Part shown: positions 30,862 through 39,878 of the stretch, piece by piece
How positions within the stretch are numbered: position 1 is the first letter of the stretch
Layout of the letters: every line of letters starts with the position of its first letter
Source: Candidatus Cloacimonadota bacterium
GTDB lineage: Bacteria > Cloacimonadota > Cloacimonadia > JGIOTU-2
Assembly: GCA_049903315.1 (NCBI GenBank)
Contig: JBNGBT010000003.1
Span: 32,001-96,000 of the forward strand
DNA: 64,000 bases
Reading direction: 5' to 3'
Program-made: the position numbers and the translations under genes
Notes under the pieces: model-generated
The model's database searches: none
Seen by the model: the letters and a program-made list of their open reading frames with translations, nothing else
What the model was told of the DNA's origin: nothing

Positions 30862-31860
30862 CTATGTCGTGGGATGTACGAGTGACCACATAAAATGATT
30901 AAAATCAGCTTTTGCTGCAACGCGATTTAATGTAAATATATTTGATTTTCTGTCTACAAAATTGCTGTCTGTTGAGAGAGCTGCATCATAATATTTGCTT
31001 GTTATTTCGACTATTTCATTATTATAATCACCGTTTGGATAACAGAAAAACCTAATTTTTTTGTTAATTTTATTTTCCAATGCAGTTTTAGAATCCCTAA
31101 TCTCGTGTATGCTCTCAGTTCTGGTTAGTTTTGTTAAAATTGGATGCGTGAGTGTATGGGAACCGAATTCAACATATTGCGGTGACATTTTTTTGATCGT
31201 ACTATAATCTAACATACGGTAATTTATTGCATTTTGAGGATCTATCTTAACCTTAAGGTCTTGTTGTATCTGGAGCAGTAATTTAATAAGTTCAGATGGA
31301 TGAAGATTCTTCAATAAATTCTTTAGGATTTTATATGCTTTAGACTTGTCTGTTCTGTTAAGTAGCCTAAAGTACGATTCCCCATTATTAGGGATATTGA
31401 TTTTCAAAGAGTCTATCTTTGTTTGAGAGATGATGTATTCGAGAGTATTGACCCAAATCCATGAATCGCGGTTAATGAAATCTGCTGTTAAGAATATGGA
31501 AACAGGAACGTCGTATTTCTTCAATATGGGATATGCTAATGTATAATTGTTCATATACCCATCATCAAAGGTTAATACTACAGAATATTTGGGTATTGAT
31601 ATTTTCCCATTTAAATAATCTACCAGTTCTTGAAGACTAATAATGTTGTAATACTTTTTAAGATATTTAATCTGCCGTTCAAAAATCGTGATATCAAGAC
31701 TAACATTTATATGATCTCGACTATTCGGCTGGTGAAAATTATGATACATCAAAACAACAATCTTTTGCTTGTTAATTATTCTGAGAGTATGATGAATATG
31801 ACTTTTGCATAAAGAGATCCTTATTGCTTTTTTAATAGTGTCCGATATTGATGTGTTCAT
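30862..31860 (-). CDS. Polysaccharide deacetylase (CE4, IcaB/PgaB-like)
   Basis: LMYH, LTFDDGY, FGSHTLTHPIL, FCYPNG. Confidence 0.9.
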   Translation of the reverse strand: MNTSISDTIKKAIRISLCKSHIHHTLRIINKQKIVVLMYHNFHQPNSRDHINVSLDITIFERQIKYLKKYYNIISLQELVDYLNGKISIPKYSVVLTFDDGYMNNYTLAYPILKKYDVPVSIFLTADFINRDSWIWVNTLEYIISQTKIDSLKINIPNNGESYFRLLNRTDKSKAYKILKNLLKNLHPSELIKLLLQIQQDLKVKIDPQNAINYRMLDYSTIKKMSPQYVEFGSHTLTHPILTKLTRTESIHEIRDSKTALENKINKKIRFFCYPNGDYNNEIVEITSKYYDAALSTDSNFVDRKSNIFTLNRVAAKADFNHFMWSLVHPTT

Positions 31861-31879
31861 CAGTTTTTTTTAAAATATT

Positions 31880-32794
31880 CTAGGACTTTTTTAACTTCTT
31901 CCCTGGTTTTAGAAGTATTTTGATGAAGGTTTTTACAAGTCGTGCATATAATAACAAATTAAAAGGGAAGAGCCCGATGGCCTTGTAATACTGTGCAAGA
32001 CCTTGCCTATAATCAGATTTCCAAATACAGCTGTCTGCCTTTTGTAGGTGTATTGAGCTCAATGCCCTGTTTCTTAAAAGTTGTAGTCCTCTTTTCGGAG
32101 GACAATATTTATTTACAATATAATACCTTCCCCGAAGCATGCTCTCATAGTTTGCACTCATGCTTGTGCTTCGGTATCTGCCATAATATAGGGGCATATC
32201 AATATATTTCACCTTGTACTTTCTGGCAATTCTGATAAACAGATCGCGATCTTCACAACCAATTTTAGATAGATTAACATCGAACATACCGACATCATCA
32301 ATGCACTTTTTTCTCACCACTGCAGATGAAAGATTGATATGGGCTTTCCTTAACAAAAGGTTGTGATAAATATGCCCAGATAGGTATTTCCCGTTATTAT
32401 TGTGTCTTCCACCCTCGATAATTTTACCATCTTCGGTAATTCGTATTTTCCCACTATGTACCAGCCCAACCGCATTTTCTTTCTCAAGAACCGGAACACT
32501 TTCAGCCAGCAAATTTGGCTTCCATTTGTTGTCGGAATCTAAGAATGAAATATAATCTCCGGTTGATCGGACAATACCATTATTCCTTGCAACTGCCACA
32601 CCCTGATTTTCTTGATATATATAGGATATTTTGCTTATAAATTTACCCAAAACCAGTTTGGTGTTATCTGTCGAGCCATCGTCTACGACAATTACTTCAA
32701 AATCTCTGAATGTCTGATTAAGGACACTTTCGACAGCCTCGGTGATATATTCTGCACAATTATATGTAGGTATGATAATGCTTACTTTTAGCAT
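31880..32794 (-). CDS. Glycosyltransferase family 2
   Basis: VSIIIPTYN, VVDDGSTD, ARNNGI, FLDSD, CEDRD. Confidence 0.93.
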   Translation of the reverse strand: MLKVSIIIPTYNCAEYITEAVESVLNQTFRDFEVIVVDDGSTDNTKLVLGKFISKISYIYQENQGVAVARNNGIVRSTGDYISFLDSDNKWKPNLLAESVPVLEKENAVGLVHSGKIRITEDGKIIEGGRHNNNGKYLSGHIYHNLLLRKAHINLSSAVVRKKCIDDVGMFDVNLSKIGCEDRDLFIRIARKYKVKYIDMPLYYGRYRSTSMSANYESMLRGRYYIVNKYCPPKRGLQLLRNRALSSIHLQKADSCIWKSDYRQGLAQYYKAIGLFPFNLLLYARLVKTFIKILLKPGKKLKKS

Positions 32795-33710
32795 ACAATA
32801 TCCTTTTTAATGTTCGTTTTACGAATATGGGTAATAAACACAGAATGAGATATTTTAATTTGAATGATCGCTTATTGTATTTTCTCGCTTCAAGAAAACT
32901 TTTATATGCTTTCCAATTTTTTCCATGTTCCAGATAGGCATAACCAAACTTCGTGTATAGTTGATTCATCCTTACATCGACATCTTTGCGATTTTCAGCA
33001 TAAAAATTTTTATTATTTTTAATGAATCTTGTGACAGTTTGGATGTCAATTTTCTTATTTAATTCAAAATTTTGCTTGCTCAAACTTTCTGTCCAAACCC
33101 GACGTTCGAACAATTTTTCTTTAACTACTCCTGCCCTAAAATATTTTGCTAACCTGAAAAAGAATTCAAAATCTTCTCCTACCTCGAGGTTTTCGTTAAA
33201 AACACCTGATTGCTTCAGGCATGATCTTTTGAGTATTATAGCAGACGTGATAAGAAAAAAATCCATAAAGAATTCTAATAGAATATTTCCTTCTATCAAT
33301 TTAACTTTTCTCACATAATCATTGATGATCTTTCCATCTTGATCCATGAAATAATTATCGCAGTAGACAAATCCGAACTCGGGATTGAGATTGAATAATG
33401 CCAGTTGTTTTTCAATTTTCTTTGGTAGCCAGCGATCGTCAGCATCTAAAAAGGCAATGTATTCATTATTACTGTTTCGGATGCCAGTATTTCGAGCTGC
33501 TGCGGGTCCTTTTTGCTTTTGATAGAAATAGTTGATCCTTCCGGGAAATGTGTTCACAAATTCCTCAACAATTTTTTTCGTGTCATCCGTTGATCCATCA
33601 TCAACAATAGTAATATACGTATGTTGATGTGTTTGGTGTAAGACACTTTCTATCGCTTCTGAGATATAAATACAATTATATGTGGGTATTATCACATCAA
33701 CATTTCTCAT
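32760..33710 (-). CDS. Glycosyltransferase family 2
   Basis: VIIPTYN, VDDGSTD, GPAAARN, FLDADD, GEDFE; start placed at MRNVDV. Confidence 0.92.
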   Translation of the reverse strand: MRNVDVIIPTYNCIYISEAIESVLHQTHQHTYITIVDDGSTDDTKKIVEEFVNTFPGRINYFYQKQKGPAAARNTGIRNSNNEYIAFLDADDRWLPKKIEKQLALFNLNPEFGFVYCDNYFMDQDGKIINDYVRKVKLIEGNILLEFFMDFFLITSAIILKRSCLKQSGVFNENLEVGEDFEFFFRLAKYFRAGVVKEKLFERRVWTESLSKQNFELNKKIDIQTVTRFIKNNKNFYAENRKDVDVRMNQLYTKFGYAYLEHGKNWKAYKSFLEARKYNKRSFKLKYLILCLLPIFVKRTLKRILYAKSKHYHTYI

Positions 33711-33835
33711 ATTGGTAAATGTGCAAATAAACATTAATATGTCAATATTATAAATACTAAAATAAAAAAATTACTTTACAAACGAACAGCCCTTCCAAGA
33801 ATATATAAATTAATAAATTATAAAGGTGACGCATT

Positions 33836-34267
33836 ATGCCAGCAACATTTACATTACCAGATGGTGACACTATTCTGATTCCGCAGATTAAAAGAATCTC
33901 AAAGATTTACGCATATAAAATGGACATGAATAGAGGGGTAGTTAAGAGAATTGAGGATCATAAACAGCCCAAAAATGTATCAGAACTCGTAAGTATAGAA
34001 CGTTACATCGATGTAATAGATAAAAGTGATATCGCATCCGACTTTTCATATATAGGTTTTGATATAGTCCTTTTTGATAATGACGTGAAACGCGTATTTA
34101 ATGATTTTTACATTGAGCTAAAAAGAATGCAAGATCAGGAGGATTTTAGCTACGAACATGCTCGAGCTAAATTACGTGACATCATACGAACTATTGTAAC
34201 GGTAAAAGAAGATCTTATTACTGCGATAGAAGATTTTTATCAAACCCACGGAGTTCAGCGAACATAG
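33836..34267 (+). CDS. Hypothetical protein
   Basis: 143 aa ORF with aaggtg RBS-like site; first gene of a same-strand run. Confidence 0.65.
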   Translation: MPATFTLPDGDTILIPQIKRISKIYAYKMDMNRGVVKRIEDHKQPKNVSELVSIERYIDVIDKSDIASDFSYIGFDIVLFDNDVKRVFNDFYIELKRMQDQEDFSYEHARAKLRDIIRTIVTVKEDLITAIEDFYQTHGVQRT

Positions 34268-34279
34268 ATAAGTTATAAT

Positions 34280-36145
34280 ATGCGAACTAGAATTTCATAT
34301 ATAGTTTTCTCAATAGTAGTCATTCTATCTGTGAGTGTTGTTGTATTGCATGCGCAGGATATTAAAGTATTTTGGCAAAAACAATATGAAGATTTCGGTT
34401 CTATGGACATCAACAGCATGATCCCCACGTCAGATAACGGATTCTTCCTGACCGGATCAATTTTTGAATCCAAAGATAATATCGATTGTTGGGCAATGAA
34501 ATTCAATCATTTAGGAAGTATTGAGTGGTATAGAGAGTTTGGAAGCGCTGGACTGAATGAAATTCCACATTCATGCATCCAACTGAAAGACAAAAGTTAT
34601 ATACTTTGTGGTGAGCAAAAAGATCGTATAGTCAATACAACAAGCGCGTGGGTGATGAAACTGGATTTCCGTGGAAGTGTAATTTGGGAAAAAACTTATA
34701 AACGGGGTAGAAATGACGCATTATATGCAATCTGTAGAGCACCGGATAATGGTTTTGTAGTAGCCGGCAGACAGAATATTGATGATATTCAGAAAAGCGA
34801 TGCATTTATATTACAATGTAATAGTGCCGGTGAAACAATCTGGGAAACTGTCTATGGGGGTATTAACAATGATGCTGTTTACTCGATTACCGCGACTCCC
34901 GACGGATATGCCATATGCGGAGCAAGGATTGTCGACGCATCGAGGAAAGCTGATTTTTGGATAATTAAGTTAGGGACAAAGGGAGAGCTTGAGTGGGACA
35001 GGTCTTTTGGTGGAAAGGGAGATGATGTTGCTCTGGGGCTATTTCATATGAACGATGGGGGATATACTTTCTGGGGAAATATGCTAAATCAAACGACTAA
35101 TCAGTCAGACACGTGGATCGTGAGAATTAGTAAAGAGGGGTATATCGAGTGGGAAAAAACCATTGGTGGTTTTGGCGCAGAAATTGCATCATCAGTATTT
35201 CACACACAAGATGATGGTTTTATCATTTGCGGAGAATCTGTTTTTTCTCATGAATTCAATAGCAATTTTTGGGTTCTAAAGTTAAATAGCGAGGGAGATA
35301 TCGAGTTTGATAACGAGTTTGTCGGACCTGGGAAAAAGTTGCTCAGTATGGTCACACAGGTAAGGGACGGGTCATATGTTATTTCCGGTTTTAGTAAACA
35401 GGGCACTTCATTAGAGATGAATTTATTTTTGCTCAAATTCAATCGAATACTCAATGCTGAGGATTCACTATATGCTGAGATTTCAGAATATGTAACCTCT
35501 GATTATGTCGGAGGTATGTTCTTACCAATACGCAGAAATCGAATGAAGCACTTCGAACCGATTGTATATCTTACTGATAAAAGCAGGATAATTGAAGAAG
35601 ATTTAAAAATTACGCCAACAAATTTTATGTATAAAAACAAATATTTTGAACAGACATATCAGTTTCAGGTACAAACAGAAACCAAGACCCTAAGAGAATT
35701 TAATAAAGAAGGCGTACACAAAGAGGTTCCGGTAATAAAGTATTATGGCAGGTACGGTGCCCTATTTGCACGAATGACCGCAAGATACTCCGATAAATAT
35801 CACCGAAGATTTTCAACGAGATTACGACCCAGGTGGCAGCCAAGATTTGAAGAAAGATATACTCCGTATAAAGAAACTTATGAGATTGATTCCAAAGAAG
35901 ATAAAACTGGACCCACAAACATACCGGGTAGATTCACCTGGCAAACTAAAAATCTTCATACTAAATCACCATTCCATCAGGGGGGCACTTTTTTTAAATT
36001 CGAACGAGCTAAAAGCCCAGCAAAAATCCAGGTGAGACTTACGGGATACAAAGTCTCATCTACTGTGCTGGTTCCAATGATCTTCCTTTGGCTTCTCATT
36101 CTAGCTGCTATCTTCATGAAAATATTATTCTCAATGAAAAAATAA
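34280..36145 (+). CDS. Secreted/anchored beta-propeller repeat protein
   Basis: Signal peptide; repeated (D)GG(F/Y)...G.....D.W..K....G...W...(F/Y)GG blades; C-terminal TM plus KK. Confidence 0.8.
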   Translation: MRTRISYIVFSIVVILSVSVVVLHAQDIKVFWQKQYEDFGSMDINSMIPTSDNGFFLTGSIFESKDNIDCWAMKFNHLGSIEWYREFGSAGLNEIPHSCIQLKDKSYILCGEQKDRIVNTTSAWVMKLDFRGSVIWEKTYKRGRNDALYAICRAPDNGFVVAGRQNIDDIQKSDAFILQCNSAGETIWETVYGGINNDAVYSITATPDGYAICGARIVDASRKADFWIIKLGTKGELEWDRSFGGKGDDVALGLFHMNDGGYTFWGNMLNQTTNQSDTWIVRISKEGYIEWEKTIGGFGAEIASSVFHTQDDGFIICGESVFSHEFNSNFWVLKLNSEGDIEFDNEFVGPGKKLLSMVTQVRDGSYVISGFSKQGTSLEMNLFLLKFNRILNAEDSLYAEISEYVTSDYVGGMFLPIRRNRMKHFEPIVYLTDKSRIIEEDLKITPTNFMYKNKYFEQTYQFQVQTETKTLREFNKEGVHKEVPVIKYYGRYGALFARMTARYSDKYHRRFSTRLRPRWQPRFEERYTPYKETYEIDSKEDKTGPTNIPGRFTWQTKNLHTKSPFHQGGTFFKFERAKSPAKIQVRLTGYKVSSTVLVPMIFLWLLILAAIFMKILFSMKK

Positions 36146-36155
36146 ATAGCCTGTA

Positions 36156-37907
36156 ATGAAATTTTTTATTTCAATTTTTTGGTTATGGTTACAAATATTT
36201 CAATTCCAAGCTATCGCACAGAAAGTGTTTCAAACAAATGAACCCATCATCGATCAAACAACTTTCCGATCTCTTGCATTCCGTTGGATCGTTGAAGGAA
36301 ATCTAGAAATTACATCAACGGTGCTGGTTCAATATAGAAAAAAAGATACAACAGATTGGAAATTCGCACTGCCCTTGAGCCGAATTGATGGCGATCTGGT
36401 TAACAGAGAACATGGCTCTTTCAAAACGGGCAACTTGTTTTCCGGAAGCATTTTAAAGCTTGAACCAGCAACACAATATGAAGTTCAATTGAAACTCACC
36501 AATCCTGACGGATCGTATAAGGAAAAGAGAGTTGAGGTCAGTACTCGTGCCCCTGAAGAAAATTTTACTCCACAGAAAGTGCTCCATCTTTATCCGGAAA
36601 ATTATCCAGGGGAAATACAGAAACCGGCTTATACAGATCTTAATGAAATGCTCCATCAGTTAATTGGCGGCACGCTCATTGTTATTCATCCCGGAACCTA
36701 CTATGGATCCTATGAGTTTCTTCTGAGTGGATCAAGAAATAAACCTGTTGTTCTGCGCGGTTCTCCGGAAGGGGAAGCGATCTTCGATGGAAAAGGAACT
36801 GATGGTAAGATCTTTGATGTCACAGGAAAGAGTTATATCCATTTTGAAAATATCACAATCAGAAATGGTTTTACTGGCATCAAAGGAAATGATGCTGATG
36901 GTATTGTCGTGAAAAATTGCACGATCTTCGATGTTCATTACGGGATCACTTCCTTTACAAAAACAAGAAACTGGGTAATAGCAAATAATCACATCATGGG
37001 GCGTGTCGATGATTGGTCAGATAGAGACAGGGTAAAGAAGAAATATGGGACCTGCACCGGTGTGATAGTCGATGGCATCGGGCATGTGGTTTGCTATAAT
37101 ACAGTACATAATTTCTGGGATTGCGTGACGATCAGCAACCTCGAAGAGCCCGAACCCTGGTACGAACCCCACAATATGTGTATAGATTTTTACAACAACA
37201 ATCTCTATAATGCTGCTGACGACTGCATCGAGACAGATTTCAGCTACTACAATGTCCGGGTTTGGAATAACAAGATTACCAATTCCCATGTGGGAATAAG
37301 CACGCAGCCGGTGTACGGTGGTCCTGTATATATTTTTAGAAATGCGATTTATAATGTGAAAATTCCCCTTAAACTTCATAACTGGCCATCGGGCTTACTC
37401 ATTTTTAATAACACTTTTGTGGGTTCCGAACGTGCATTCTGGTCTGATCCTATCTGGCAAAACGCTAAAATTATGAATAATCTTTTCCTCGGAGCAAGCT
37501 CTTATTCAGTTGCAACAGGCTCTCCAGATGAAAGATCCATTTTAGACTACAACGGATACTACAGAATTCCCGCGCAGGAAAAGGTATTCAAATGGAGTAA
37601 TGATGCCGGTAATACATGGTTCCGCATGTCCGATCTCAGCGAATTCTACAATAAAACCGGACAAGAAGCTCATGGACGCATGGTTGATTATAGTATTTTT
37701 AATAATATTCAGATGCCAGTCGAGGGCACGACGTATGATCCCTCACAAATAGATTTGACTCTCTCGGGAGTTGGTGACGCAATTGATACTGGTACTTATA
37801 TACCCAATATTGCTGATGAATATATCGGATCTGCTCCAGATCTTGGTTGTCATGAATATTGCACTCCCCCTCCTCATTATGGACAGTTTGAAAATTTTGT
37901 GTATTAA
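36156..37907 (+). CDS. Secreted right-handed parallel beta-helix protein (polysaccharide-lyase-like)
   Basis: Signal peptide; Fn3-like N-terminus (L.P.T.YEVQL); HPGTY, DDCIETD, NVRVWNN, QPVYGGP, APDLG. Confidence 0.8.
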   Translation: MKFFISIFWLWLQIFQFQAIAQKVFQTNEPIIDQTTFRSLAFRWIVEGNLEITSTVLVQYRKKDTTDWKFALPLSRIDGDLVNREHGSFKTGNLFSGSILKLEPATQYEVQLKLTNPDGSYKEKRVEVSTRAPEENFTPQKVLHLYPENYPGEIQKPAYTDLNEMLHQLIGGTLIVIHPGTYYGSYEFLLSGSRNKPVVLRGSPEGEAIFDGKGTDGKIFDVTGKSYIHFENITIRNGFTGIKGNDADGIVVKNCTIFDVHYGITSFTKTRNWVIANNHIMGRVDDWSDRDRVKKKYGTCTGVIVDGIGHVVCYNTVHNFWDCVTISNLEEPEPWYEPHNMCIDFYNNNLYNAADDCIETDFSYYNVRVWNNKITNSHVGISTQPVYGGPVYIFRNAIYNVKIPLKLHNWPSGLLIFNNTFVGSERAFWSDPIWQNAKIMNNLFLGASSYSVATGSPDERSILDYNGYYRIPAQEKVFKWSNDAGNTWFRMSDLSEFYNKTGQEAHGRMVDYSIFNNIQMPVEGTTYDPSQIDLTLSGVGDAIDTGTYIPNIADEYIGSAPDLGCHEYCTPPPHYGQFENFVY

Positions 37908-37927
37908 CTATTTGAGCTGAGAAAACC

Positions 37928-38401
37928 ATGAAAATAAGATTTATTATAATTAGTTTTGTTTTCTTTATTATTTGCTGTCCTTTATATGCCGAATTGTTGG
38001 ACTCCACTTTCACGAGCGTAGGTTTCTTCCCAGTAGATTTGGGACGCTATGAATCACTGATTGATGTGCAAGTTATTCGATCACAAGCTGAATATGACTC
38101 CATCACAGCTGAGCTGAAGGAAAAACATTCATGGCTTGAAGAGGACCCCCCACAAATTGATTTTGAATATTTTATTTTGGCCGGAGATGAAAGTTGGGCA
38201 GACTGTGTTGCCTCTTTTTCTTATGAAGTTCAAAGAGATACAACTGCACAAAGCGTCATTATTACTATTATTGAGCATTATGGTGGTGGTCGAGGTATGA
38301 ACGTATATGATCATTGGTTCCTGATAAAAAAGATGCCCGAAGAATATTCGATAGAGTTCCGCCACGAAGAAGGAGAACCAAAATATCATTATGAAGATTA
38401 A
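37928..38401 (+). CDS. Hypothetical secreted protein
   Basis: Signal peptide; VIRSQ.EY...PPQIDF motif typical of PrcB-C-like domains. Confidence 0.65.
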   Translation: MKIRFIIISFVFFIICCPLYAELLDSTFTSVGFFPVDLGRYESLIDVQVIRSQAEYDSITAELKEKHSWLEEDPPQIDFEYFILAGDESWADCVASFSYEVQRDTTAQSVIITIIEHYGGGRGMNVYDHWFLIKKMPEEYSIEFRHEEGEPKYHYED

Positions 38402-38573
38402 AATATGCCCGATTTGCGGGAAGGAATTTCCCTGCTACGCAGATGATGATAGAACATGCTGGTGCGAATCATTTCCTCTCATAGATATAGATGATGACCT
38501 GGATTGCCTTTGCCCGGATTGCCTTGCAAAAAGAGCACTCGAACAGGATAGCCGGAAATCAAAAGGAGCTTGA
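38391..38573 (+). CDS. Cysteine-rich CWC family protein
   Basis: CPICGKEFPC......CWC...P......CLCPDCL. Confidence 0.85.
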   Translation: MKIKICPICGKEFPCYADDDRTCWCESFPLIDIDDDLDCLCPDCLAKRALEQDSRKSKGA

Positions 38574-39062
38574 ATGAAAATTTTAGTAACTTACTACTCT
38601 CTTGAAGGAAATACACAATATCTTGCAGAAGGGATTGCGGAATGTCTCGAAGCTGACATTGTACGCTTGATGCCAGTAAAAGATATCAAGAATAATAAAA
38701 CAAAATATTTGTTTGGCGGTCGGCAAGCGGTCATGAAAAAGAAACCCAAATTGTTGCCATTTGATAAAAATCCAGAAGAATATGATCTAATCATTATCGG
38801 TACACCGGTCTGGGCTTCGACGATGACACCTGCTGTTCGCTCGTTTCTAAGTGGTAATGCTTTTAGGGATAAGAAGTTCGGCTTGTTCTGTTGCCATCGA
38901 GGTGGTCCTGGCAAAACACTCAGCTTCATGAAGGAGCTGCTTGAAGGAAATGATATACTTGGCTCAATTGAGTTTCGGGAACCGATAAAAGATGTGCTCA
39001 ATAAAAAAGAACAAGCATGTGAGTGGGCACAAGGTCTTATCGAAACAGCTCAATCTTTGTGA
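38574..39062 (+). CDS. Flavodoxin family protein
   Basis: YYSLEGNT, YDLIIIGTPVWA. Confidence 0.9.
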   Translation: MKILVTYYSLEGNTQYLAEGIAECLEADIVRLMPVKDIKNNKTKYLFGGRQAVMKKKPKLLPFDKNPEEYDLIIIGTPVWASTMTPAVRSFLSGNAFRDKKFGLFCCHRGGPGKTLSFMKELLEGNDILGSIEFREPIKDVLNKKEQACEWAQGLIETAQSL

Positions 39063-39788
39063 ATGAAAGATATATGCTTTGATAAGAATTATGGCAAATG
39101 GTTTATGGGGGATGTATTAAGAGCGATCAGAAAATTCAAGCTTATTTCAAAAAATGATCAAATCTCAGTTGCACTATCGGGTGGTAAAGACAGCACAACT
39201 TTGCTGTATATCTTGTCCTATCTCAAAAAGTTTTCCGATCTGTCATTCTCGCTTTCTGCAGCACATATCAGGATTGCGGATTACGACACATCCTCACTAC
39301 AAACATTCTGCGAGGAATTACATGTCGAGTATTTTGAAGATACGCTCAATTCAAATAATGAGCAGACTGTCGAAAATTGTTATATTTGCTCACGCCTGAA
39401 AAGAGGGGCATTGTCCTCATTGCTTTCAAAGCATAATATCTACAAAGTAGCTTATGGGCACCATGCCACGGATGTTGCCGAGACTTTTCTTATGAATATC
39501 ATCAACAATAAGAAACTTGGAGCTCTGACACCAAAAGTGGAAATTACTGAAAGTACTATGACAATAATTCGTCCCATGATCTATCTCGATGAGGGAACGA
39601 TAAAAAAACTCCATTCGTATTTTAACTTGCCAAGCTTTGATCATCCATGCCCATATAAAGCTAAGACTGTAAGGGACACATATAAAAAGATAATTCATGA
39701 GATCGATCAAATGCAGCCAGATGTGGAATTTTCAAAGAAAGTAATAGAAACTCTCGAACGCAGCGAGCTTAAAGACTGGACAAGATGA
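39063..39788 (+). CDS. TtcA-family PP-loop ATPase (tRNA 2-thiocytidine synthesis-like)
   Basis: ALSGGKDS PP-loop, CYICSRLKRG, GHHATD..ET..MN, IIRPM. Confidence 0.85.
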   Translation: MKDICFDKNYGKWFMGDVLRAIRKFKLISKNDQISVALSGGKDSTTLLYILSYLKKFSDLSFSLSAAHIRIADYDTSSLQTFCEELHVEYFEDTLNSNNEQTVENCYICSRLKRGALSSLLSKHNIYKVAYGHHATDVAETFLMNIINNKKLGALTPKVEITESTMTIIRPMIYLDEGTIKKLHSYFNLPSFDHPCPYKAKTVRDTYKKIIHEIDQMQPDVEFSKKVIETLERSELKDWTR

Positions 39789-39878
39789 TATTCAATTTAG
39801 AAGATGCCAATGTCATAATAATCAATCACCAACTAGTAAATCTGTTAGTATTGCTGAAGGAATAATACCGGAGAGACA

